Assembly: GCA_965248445.1 (NCBI GenBank)
Contig: CBDFJG010000001.1
Location: 512,001 to 576,000 of the forward strand
Length of the DNA: 64,000 bases
Origin: Planctomycetota bacterium
GTDB taxonomy: Bacteria; Planctomycetota; JAJSAM01; JAJVHW01
Direction of reading: 5' to 3'
A program made the translations under genes and the position numbers. Below are positions 56,462 to 64,000 of this stretch, piece by piece (within the stretch, counting starts at the first letter, position 1; every line of letters starts with the position of its first letter). Under the pieces are notes generated by a model. That model was not told the origin of the DNA. It saw only the letters and a list, made by a program, of their open reading frames with translations, and searched no databases.

Positions 56462-56687
56462 CTCTTCCTCCTTCGAGGCCGGGTGGGCAACCAGCCCGCC
56501 GTTTCTTGGCCTCGACCCCCTGAACACGGGGGTGCGGAAGGCGCCGCAAGGTCGAGGCTTGTTCGAAGGAGGGACCCGAGCCTGGCCAGGCTCAGGGGGA
56601 ACTCAGCGTCAGGGCGCGGGGGGTGCAGCGCATCCCCCGTGACCGCAGCCCTCCGTAGCGGTCGGAGACCGCGTAGGAGGGAGACAC

Positions 56688-56745
56688 CCGTAGATGCCGC
56701 GGGCACGGGGATCGCCCCGCGATCCCCGTGCGGGCGCATCTACGG
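56688..56745. terminator. Long inverted repeat at the 3' end of the Rieske-like gene
   Basis: CCGTAGATGC..GCACGGGGATCGC-CCC-GCGATCCCCGTGC..GCATCTACGG. Confidence 0.6.
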
Positions 56746-57285
56746 CGTCTGGAGACGGATCTCGAGGTCCTGAGCGTCGTCCACGTACGCCTCGACCAGG
56801 AGGGTCCCGAGTCGGGAGGCGGCGGGGCCCGCAGTGGGCTCTCCGTCCAGCCTCCAGAGAGACTGGCAGCCCGGGCAGATCAGCCGGTCCAGGCTCTCAT
56901 CCCACTCGAGGTCGCTACCGTCCACCGGACACTCCGCCGTGCAGGCAGCCAGGTGCGTCGTGTGGACCCGGACGAGCACCACGTTCTCCGTGAGTTCCTC
57001 TCCCCGCACGATACGGCTGGTGCCGACCCCGAGCCTGCGGCCGTGCAGGTCCACCTGCCACGTCCCGGGCATGACCGGAACCGCTGTCGCGAATTCATCC
57101 GAGGGGCGAGTGATTCGCGAATACGTGCCGGCGGGCGCCGTGGGCACCGGGGACCGCGAAACCGGGATCTCGGGTGCTGCGCCGCTCTCGCGGCCGAGGT
57201 CCTCGTGGAGGCGCCGCAGGCCCCGGCCGAACACGTCCAGCAGCCGCCGCCGGGACAGGCCCTCGCGGTCGTCGTCGCCTCCCAC
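56740..57285 (-). CDS. Rieske-fold protein with non-canonical ligand motifs
   Basis: ECPVDGSDLEW...LICPGCQSLWRLDG...GPA aligns with the Rieske boxes. Confidence 0.7.
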   Translation of the reverse strand: MGGDDDREGLSRRRLLDVFGRGLRRLHEDLGRESGAAPEIPVSRSPVPTAPAGTYSRITRPSDEFATAVPVMPGTWQVDLHGRRLGVGTSRIVRGEELTENVVLVRVHTTHLAACTAECPVDGSDLEWDESLDRLICPGCQSLWRLDGEPTAGPAASRLGTLLVEAYVDDAQDLEIRLQTP

Positions 57286-57290
57286 GCTCG

Positions 57291-58475
57291 TCAGGCCCTT
57301 TCGAACAGGACCGCCATGCCCATGCCTCCGGAGACGCAGAGCGTCGCAATGCCCCTCCGGGCGCCGCGTCTCTTCATCTCGTGAAGCAGCGTGACACAGA
57401 TTCGCGAGCCCGTCGCGCCGATCGGATGCCCGAGTGCAATCGCGCCGCCGTTGACGTTCATCCGATCTCCGTCGATGTGCAGATCCCGGTCGCACGCGAT
57501 CACCTGCGCCGCGAACGCCTCGTTCAGCTCGATGAGGTCGATGTCGTCGAGCGACAGGCTCTGCCGCTCGAGCAGTTGCCGCACGGCCGGCACCGGGCCG
57601 ATGCCCATGATGTTGGGGTCGACCCCGGCGACGGTCCAGTCGACCACGCGTGCCATCGGCTCCACGCCGAGCGCCTCTGCGCGCTCCGCCGTCAGCACGA
57701 CCATGGCCGCAGCTCCGTCCGTGATGCCCGAGGAGTTGCCGGCGTGGACCGTGCCGTCCTTCTTGAAGACGGGCTTCAGCTTCTTCATGCGCTCCGCGGT
57801 GCTGTCCGCCCGCGGGTGCTCGTCGGTGTCGACGATCGTCGGGCCCTTGCGCCCGGGGATCTCGATCGCGAACGACTCGTCCTGCCAGACACCCCGCTCG
57901 GTGGCCGCGGCACATCGTGCCTGAGACCGCTCTGCATAGGCGTCCTGCTCGTCGCGGGAGATGTCGTACTGCTCCGCCAGGTTCTCCGCCGTCTTGCCCA
58001 TGAGCTGATCGGAGATCGGACACTGGAAGCCGTCGCGGTACATCCCGTCCACGACCTCGGAGTTGCCGAGGCGGTAGCCGAAGCGCGCGTTCAGCAGGAA
58101 GTACGGCGTGTTCGACATCGACTCGGTACCGCCGACCAGGAGCGTGTCGCGCCGTCCGAGCTGGATCGCATCGTGGGCAAGCGCGACCGCCTTGAGCGAC
58201 GACGCGCAGGCCTTGTTCACCGTCATGGCGGGAGAGCTGACGGGAACGCCGGCGCGGACCGAGACCTGCCGCGCCGTGTTGGTGCCGCCGCCGGCCTGCC
58301 GGCCGTGGCCGAAGAGCGTCTCCTGGACGTGCTCCGGCCCAACCCCGGAGCGGCGCAGCGCCTCGGTCGCTGCGGCAACTCCGAGGTCGGCGGGACTGAG
58401 CTTGATCAGCCCGCCCCCGAACCTCCCGATCGGGGTCCGGACCGCTCCGGCAACGACAACTTCAACTGCGGACAT
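57291..58475 (-). CDS. Acetyl-CoA C-acetyltransferase (thiolase)
   Basis: RTPIG, NKACASS, GGTESMS, NEAFAAQ, GGAIALGHPIGATG, LCVSGGMG. Confidence 0.96.
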   Translation of the reverse strand: MSAVEVVVAGAVRTPIGRFGGGLIKLSPADLGVAAATEALRRSGVGPEHVQETLFGHGRQAGGGTNTARQVSVRAGVPVSSPAMTVNKACASSLKAVALAHDAIQLGRRDTLLVGGTESMSNTPYFLLNARFGYRLGNSEVVDGMYRDGFQCPISDQLMGKTAENLAEQYDISRDEQDAYAERSQARCAAATERGVWQDESFAIEIPGRKGPTIVDTDEHPRADSTAERMKKLKPVFKKDGTVHAGNSSGITDGAAAMVVLTAERAEALGVEPMARVVDWTVAGVDPNIMGIGPVPAVRQLLERQSLSLDDIDLIELNEAFAAQVIACDRDLHIDGDRMNVNGGAIALGHPIGATGSRICVTLLHEMKRRGARRGIATLCVSGGMGMAVLFERA

Positions 58476-58679
58476 CGAATTCCTCCGAACTCTTGTCTTG
58501 CGAACGCGAGAGCGTACCCGAGGCGGTGTGACGGGGGACACGTCGCACGGGGCGTAGCCGCCTCGAAACCGTGGAAAACCAAGGCGTGGGGGCCGGCCGG
58601 GCCGGAGGGGCGCTATCCTCAGATGCCGGAACAATGGGAACCCGCCAGGGGCTCCTCAACGTCCGACAGTGTGTCCGGC

Positions 58680-58787
58680 TCAACCGCTGACGCGGTTGAT
58701 GCGGGGCTCGGCGGCGGATGCCGTCGAAGCACGGAGGAGCCGCTTGGCGGGCGCGTTGTCTTCTGGCTCACCGGCTGACGCCGGTGA
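58680..58787 (+). repeat. Second tandem pair of the 20-nt TGAC-loop hairpin
   Basis: TCAACCGC-TGAC-GCGGTTGA (58680-58699) and TCACCGGC-TGAC-GCCGGTGA (58768-58787), each flanked by GGC and TGCGG. Confidence 0.85.
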
Positions 58788-59030
58788 TGCGGATAGCAGC
58801 GGACAGATCGAAGAGACAAAACGCGGAGAGACGGTTGATGCCCGCCCGAGACGACCACGAACTGAGCCTGGCCGCGCTGCGGCCGGCGTCCCCGATTGGG
58901 GACAGAACGGTCGTCTCTCGCCCTCAGCCCGTTCGGCCCGCGGTTCGCGTCTCTACCCTGCCAATACCAAAACGGCCCATCCCATGGCATGGATGACGCC
59001 GCGTCCTTGTTCGTCCGGAGGAGGTCCCCG

Positions 59031-60941
59031 ATGAACCACCGATCTCGCACTGCTGCGCGCCACGCGCGTCCCCTCGCTCTCATCACCGCCTTGGCCGTGC
59101 TGGCAGGCTGCTCCGCCGAGCTGACCGACACCGGCGCGCTCGAACGGCAGGATGCCGTGCGCACCGTCGTCGCTCAGGATCTGGCCAAGCGGGTCGCTCC
59201 GCTGCCGGCTCCCGCGGTTCCGGTCGTCGCGGCCGGCGCGCTGCCGGTGACGGCGATCGCGGCTTCAGTGGCCGACATCGCACCCCTCGCGGCACCGCAG
59301 GAAGACGGCGTCCGCTTCGACGGCGAAGCGGCCCGCAAGCTCGCTGAGGAGAACGCGCGCTTGCAGGCCGAGCTCCGCCGCACCACGGAAGAGCTCGAGA
59401 GCACACGTCAGCGGGAGCGCGACCTGCGCCTGCCGCCACCGCCCAAGCCCGTGCTCGTCGAGAGCACGGACGGACAGGCGATCGGCGTCGGCGGCGGCCA
59501 CCCCGTGCCCGACCCGATCCCCGGCACCGTACCGCTGGCCGCAGCGCTCGGAGGGACGGTGTACGACCAAGGTCAGCCCGTCGAACGCGAGGTGGTCACC
59601 GGAGCCCGTGAGGACTTCGTGATCGTCGACGACCGCGAGCCCGAGGTCATTTACGTCGAGGAGCAGGAGCCCGAGGTCATCTACGTCGAGCGCGAGGCGC
59701 CCGCCGTCGTGTACGAGCAGGTGGTCTACGAGACCGAGGTCGTCTACCAGTGGATCCCGTTCGGACACCGCCACTACATCGGCTGCGGACACCACTACTA
59801 CGGCTGCCACGATCACGCCTGGTACTACAACCTCGGCGGTCACTTGGACTTCCATCTGTCCGGGCACGACTGGGATCTGTACTCGCACTTCGGGTACTCG
59901 AACTCGTACCACCACGGCCACCACGGCTACCGCTACCGCCACCACGGCGGCGGCCACCACTTCGCGTACTACGACCGCCACGACGACCATCACGACGACC
60001 ACCGCACCGGTCGCCGCAAGGCCTTCAAGCGCGGCTTCCGCCAGGGCTTCAACGACGGCGTGGCTGCGGGCGGCGGCGTGGGCGGTGTCGGAGGCGGTGG
60101 CGCTGTCCCCGTGCGGCGCCGTCTGGGCGATACGGGCACCACGGCGACGTCATCCACCGCGACGACACGTCGCGGCCGCGACGGCGGCGGTGCGACTGCC
60201 GGGCGGGAGAACCCGCGCGGCCTGAGCCCCACCTCCAGCACCCGGAGTTCGACAGGCCGCACTCGGAGCACGACCGGTCAGGCCACCGAGTCGACGTCCC
60301 CGCGCCGACGCTTCGGCGTCTCCGGAGAGAGCACCTCGCCACGCACGACCCGGCGGGGCTCCGCAACGTCAACCGACCGCGGGACCAGCACGAACACGCG
60401 CCGTGACCGCGGCGCCGTCGCAACGGAGAACCCGGTGACACGCACCCGGCGGGACCGCACGGCCGTGGACACAAACGGGACCACGCGCCGCAGCCAGAAC
60501 ACGCCGACCGTGGTGCGCACGCGCCGCAGTGGTCAAGCGGGCCAGCCCGGCCTCTCCGGGCGCCGTAACGTGAGCCGTACGACGTCGAACGTGACGCGCA
60601 CGACCACTCCCACTGTGCGCACACGCACAACGGCGCCCACGCGGCGCACGCGCACCGCTCCCACACAGCGGACGCAGCGGACGCCGGAGACCCGCACGCG
60701 GACGGCCCCGACCCCTCGGGTCCAGCGCTCGCCGCCGACCCGAACCCGCCGCGCACCGACGACCCGCCGCGCACCCACGACCCGCTCGGCCCCCACGCGC
60801 TCCCCCCAGGTGCGCAGGGCTCCACAGTCAGCGCCGTCACGCACCCGCCGATCGGCACCGAGGCCCCAGCAAAGAGCGGCACCGAGCACGCGAAACCGGG
60901 GCGGTAACGGCGGCGGCGCGAGGCGCCGGCGCAACCGCTGA
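59031..60941 (+). CDS. Lipoprotein with coiled coil, His/Tyr-rich block and long Arg/Thr-rich low-complexity tail
   Basis: GGAGGAGG RBS; lipobox LAGC; compositional blocks visible in the translation. Confidence 0.8.
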   Translation: MNHRSRTAARHARPLALITALAVLAGCSAELTDTGALERQDAVRTVVAQDLAKRVAPLPAPAVPVVAAGALPVTAIAASVADIAPLAAPQEDGVRFDGEAARKLAEENARLQAELRRTTEELESTRQRERDLRLPPPPKPVLVESTDGQAIGVGGGHPVPDPIPGTVPLAAALGGTVYDQGQPVEREVVTGAREDFVIVDDREPEVIYVEEQEPEVIYVEREAPAVVYEQVVYETEVVYQWIPFGHRHYIGCGHHYYGCHDHAWYYNLGGHLDFHLSGHDWDLYSHFGYSNSYHHGHHGYRYRHHGGGHHFAYYDRHDDHHDDHRTGRRKAFKRGFRQGFNDGVAAGGGVGGVGGGGAVPVRRRLGDTGTTATSSTATTRRGRDGGGATAGRENPRGLSPTSSTRSSTGRTRSTTGQATESTSPRRRFGVSGESTSPRTTRRGSATSTDRGTSTNTRRDRGAVATENPVTRTRRDRTAVDTNGTTRRSQNTPTVVRTRRSGQAGQPGLSGRRNVSRTTSNVTRTTTPTVRTRTTAPTRRTRTAPTQRTQRTPETRTRTAPTPRVQRSPPTRTRRAPTTRRAPTTRSAPTRSPQVRRAPQSAPSRTRRSAPRPQQRAAPSTRNRGGNGGGARRRRNR

Positions 60942-60967
60942 CGCACGATTTATCAGACTGAGAGTGA

Positions 60968-60996
60968 GCGAGGGTGCCGCCCGGCGGCACCCTCGC
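60968..60996 (+). terminator. Hairpin downstream of the lipoprotein gene
   Basis: GCGAGGGTGCCGC-CCG-GCGGCACCCTCGC. Confidence 0.6.
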
Positions 60997-61164
60997 GCTC
61001 GTTTGCAGAGCACGCTCACAGTCACGATACGCGCGGCGGAAGCGCGTCGCGCACCGACCCGTCGGGACGACCTGCAAGACCCCGTTTCTCGCGCTGAGAT
61101 TCGCCTCAAAACGCGAACTTTCGGGAGCCTTCACGCAGGCTCGGATTCGTGCCGATGAGAGCGC

Positions 61165-61575
61165 GTGAGAACAGCTCAGGCCACGGCCCTCCCTCCCGTC
61201 TACACACCCGCATCCGCAGTGAAGGCGCTGCCGCTGATCCGCTCGATCGCGCGTGATGCGCATGCGACGTATCTGCGACTGCGCGAACGCCTCGCCGCGT
61301 TCAACGACTTCAAGTCGCTCGAGGAACTCTCGAGCGATCTGAGCCTTCCACACAAGGTCCGCGACGACCTTGCGGAGTTGCGGGACCACGTCGTCGAACT
61401 CGGTGACCACCTGGGCGCCCGTTTCGGCGAGCCCGAGCTGGGGATCGTGTATCTGGACGCGCGTCTCGGCCGCCGCCGGGTGCAGCTCTGCTGGAAGCTC
61501 GGCGAGGAGACCATCCGGTACTGGATCCCGGTGGACGGCGACTACGACGAGCGCCGGCCGCTCCCGGGCGTCTAG
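61165..61575 (+). CDS. DUF2203-like protein
   Basis: YTPASAVKALPLIRSI...GIVYL...LCWKLGEETIRYW...RRPL. Confidence 0.8.
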   Translation: MRTAQATALPPVYTPASAVKALPLIRSIARDAHATYLRLRERLAAFNDFKSLEELSSDLSLPHKVRDDLAELRDHVVELGDHLGARFGEPELGIVYLDARLGRRRVQLCWKLGEETIRYWIPVDGDYDERRPLPGV

Positions 61576-63244
61576 CCCGAATCGTTCACCAGCCGGGAAT
61601 CTGAGCGGGCCGTCGTCTGTCTAAGTGCTCGTACTCGCTAGTACTTGCACCGACAGGAGCGCCGGCCCGATGACGACAGACTGTAGCCCGCAGGGGACCC
61701 TCTTCGCGGGCATCTGTGGACGCACCGCGGTGACGCGCTTCGACGCCGGTACCGTGACGAGCGACGGGGGCGTGCTGCTGCTCGAGCGGGTCGATCGTCG
61801 CATCGATCTGCTCTCGCGGTTTGCGCGCTGCTTCGGGGACCACCGGGACCCGCGTCGGGTCGAGCACACGGTCGGCCAGATGCTGCGTCAGCGGGTCTTC
61901 GGGCTGTGCGCGGGCTACGAGGATCTGGTGGACCACGACCATGTCGGCAAGGACCCGCTGTTTGCCGCGGCGTGCGGCAAGCGCGAGGGTGCTCTGGCCA
62001 CGCACCCGACGCTCTCGCGGCTCGAGACCACGCAGCTCGGCGCCACGGCACAGACGCGCTACGCCAAGATCGAGATGGACCAGGAGCGCGTGGACAGCGT
62101 GCTCAGCGACGTCTTCTGCGAGGCCATGGGGCCGGAGGATCCGGGCCTGCTCGTGCTGGACCTGGACCACTCCGACGTGCGGCTGCACGGCCGGCAGGAG
62201 GGCCGCTTCTTCCACGGCTACTACGGGCACTACTGCTACCTGCCGCTGTACGTCTTCTGCGGCGAGCACCTCTTGCTCGCTCGGCTCCAGACCGCTGACA
62301 GAGATCCCGCGCGCGGAGTCGTGGACGAGCTCCGTGCGCTGGTCTTACGTCTGCGGCGCCGCTGGCCCCGGGCCAAGGTGCTCGTGCGCGCAGACTCGGG
62401 CTTTTGCCGCGAGGAGCTGATGGCCTGGTGCGAGGCCGCCGGCCACTTCTACCTGCTGGGCATGGCGCGCAATGAGCGCCTTGAGCGACACGTCGAAGAC
62501 GCGCTCGATGAGGCCGCAGCCCGTGCCGTGCAGACCGGCCGAGCAGCCCGGGTCTTTCGCGACTTTGCCTGGACCACGCTGGGGAGCTGGAGCCAGAGGC
62601 GTCGCGTGGTCGCCAAGGCCGAGCACCTGCCGGGCGGCAAGCGCAATCCCCGCTTCGTGGTGACCAATCTGCCGCCTCGTAGCTGGAGCAGCAAGCGTCT
62701 CTACGAGCAGCTCTACTGCGCCCGGGGCGAGGCGGAGAATCGCATCAAGGAGCAGCAGCTCGAGCTCTTCGGCACCCGTCTGTCGGTGCACACGATGCAG
62801 GGCAACGCCGTGCGGATGGCCATGTCGGCCATGGCCTACGTCCTGACCTGTGCGCTGCGACGCATCGGTCTCGCCGGCACCGAGATGGCGCGTGCGCAAG
62901 CCGGCACGATCCGCCTGCGGCTGCTCAAGATCGGCGCGCTCGTGCGGATCACGACGCGCCGGATCTGGGTCTCGATGTCCTCGTCGTGGCCCTGGCAGCA
63001 CGTCTTCGAGCGCTGCGCGCAACGACTGCTGGCATCCCCGAAGCCGACCTGACGTCCCGCCGCGCCGTCCGCCACACCACCGCCCGGCCTACGGTCTGCC
63101 CACACCGCAGAATCCGCGCCGTTTCGGCCGCTCACTCGCGTTGCCCTTGTGGCAACGACGACAGCATCCGCCCTCGCCTGGCCAAGATCTGACCCTGTGG
63201 ACTCCGAAAGCACCGTCATCGCGACGTCTCGTGAACAGATGCGG
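61576..63244 (+). mobile_element. IS1380-family insertion sequence (~1.67 kb)
   Basis: Imperfect ends CCCGAATCGTTCAC / GTGAACAGATGCGG; flanks CTAG and CTAA; contains the transposase. Confidence 0.8.
61670..63052 (+). CDS. IS1380-family DDE transposase
   Basis: TSDGGVLLL, GYEDLVDH, LDLD, HGRQEG, CYLPLY, RADSGF, YCARGEAENRIKE. Confidence 0.95.
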   Translation: MTTDCSPQGTLFAGICGRTAVTRFDAGTVTSDGGVLLLERVDRRIDLLSRFARCFGDHRDPRRVEHTVGQMLRQRVFGLCAGYEDLVDHDHVGKDPLFAAACGKREGALATHPTLSRLETTQLGATAQTRYAKIEMDQERVDSVLSDVFCEAMGPEDPGLLVLDLDHSDVRLHGRQEGRFFHGYYGHYCYLPLYVFCGEHLLLARLQTADRDPARGVVDELRALVLRLRRRWPRAKVLVRADSGFCREELMAWCEAAGHFYLLGMARNERLERHVEDALDEAAARAVQTGRAARVFRDFAWTTLGSWSQRRRVVAKAEHLPGGKRNPRFVVTNLPPRSWSSKRLYEQLYCARGEAENRIKEQQLELFGTRLSVHTMQGNAVRMAMSAMAYVLTCALRRIGLAGTEMARAQAGTIRLRLLKIGALVRITTRRIWVSMSSSWPWQHVFERCAQRLLASPKPT

Positions 63245-63247
63245 CTA

Positions 63248-63513
63248 AGTCCGATGAACAACGCCGCCGAGCGCGCGGTCCGCAAAGCGGTGCTCTGGCG
63301 CAAGGGCTCCTTCGGAAGCCAGTCCGCTCGCGGACTCCGCTTCGCCGAGCGCGTGTTGACCGCCGCGGCCACGCTGCGACGCCGTGGCGACCAAGTCTTC
63401 GACTTCCTCGCCGACTCGGTCGCCGCGCACCTCACCGGCGCCGACCCGCCCGTCATGGTCCCGCTGCCCGTCGCACGCTGAGGCTCACACGCTGTCAAGG
63501 GGTGAACGGTTAC
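63248..63513 (+). mobile_element. 3' remnant of the same IS66 element
   Basis: Nearly identical to the reverse complement of 48073-48340; ends in AAGGGGTGAACGGTTAC. Confidence 0.92.
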
Positions 63514-63687
63514 CTGGACAACGGGCGAGCGAGGGTGAAGTGGGGCATGGACTATCGCGTGAAATTCGGTCCCTTCGGATGGTTGCTGGGCCAAACCATG
63601 ATGAAGTTGATGATGGGCAAGATCCTCGACGGCAATCTGAAGGGTCTCGCCAACAGAGTTCGGTCGAACCGGCCTGCGGCTTCATAA
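63514..63687 (+). pseudogene. 3' remnant of a probable SRPBCC/START-like gene cut by IS66
   Basis: RVKWGMDYRVKFGPFGWLLGQTMMK...NLKGLANRV resembles an SRPBCC C-terminus. Confidence 0.6.
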
Positions 63688-64000
63688 GCGGCCGGAGCGG
63701 CCCGTTTCTCAGCCCTCCGCGGCGTCCGCGCCGCTGGAGCCATCGCGGGTTCGGTGTCCTTCTCCGCGTGGTGCTTGGCAGCACACGATGACCACGCCGG
63801 CCCTTCACCACCGCAAGGCGGGCCACCGCCCCTCCCGTATGACACAGGAGGTCGCTCACTAAACTCCAAGACGCGGTGTCTCAGAATCGTTGACACGTCC
63901 CGGCGATCCGCGGGTAGGATCGCGGAGATTCAGGTGAGAGGTCTGGGCCGAGAGGGGTTCATGCACCAACGCCACCCGGCAGCGGGTCGCGTAACTGGGC

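Noticed and set aside
60932..60950. Fifth copy of the TGAC-loop hairpin (CAACCGCTGACGC)
   Set aside because: Only the left arm and loop match; the right arm is not complementary and the TGA is the gene's stop codon
63890..64000. TTGACA-N19-TAGGAT promoter and an ORF starting at 63961
   Set aside because: The spacer is long and only 13 codons are visible, too little to call

Overview
GC-rich bacterial chromosome segment, roughly 70% G+C by eye. The aroF-tpiA-secG-yicC-gmk-rpoZ-coaC order, split coaB/coaC, type III glutamine synthetase, and kinase-ATPase-TPR, BatA/DUF58 and pilin-like genes suggest a Planctomycetota/PVC organism (inference). Housekeeping genes are intact (tpiA, gmk, rpoZ, ftsK, pgpA, selA, glnA, mutS, trmB, queG, guaA, guaB, pta, thiolase, tRNA-Met). 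Several accessory genes are broken by small indels or duplications, or by IS66/IS1380 activity. The main highlights are: (1) ftsK is followed directly by a paralog that keeps the membrane and gamma DNA-binding domains but has no ATPase motor; (2) a minus-strand unit at ~29.6-31.8 kb reads ECF-like promoter, short leader ORF, attenuator-like hairpin, structured RNA, two abutting tRNA-Val genes (one with a broken acceptor stem), then an SPFH/band-7 gene; (3) a 20-nt hairpin with compensatory base changes occurs in tandem pairs upstream of guaB and of a lipoprotein gene; (4) two diverged secG genes in tandem; (5) a Rieske-fold protein without the canonical His ligands. All calls come from reading motifs by eye; no database search was run.
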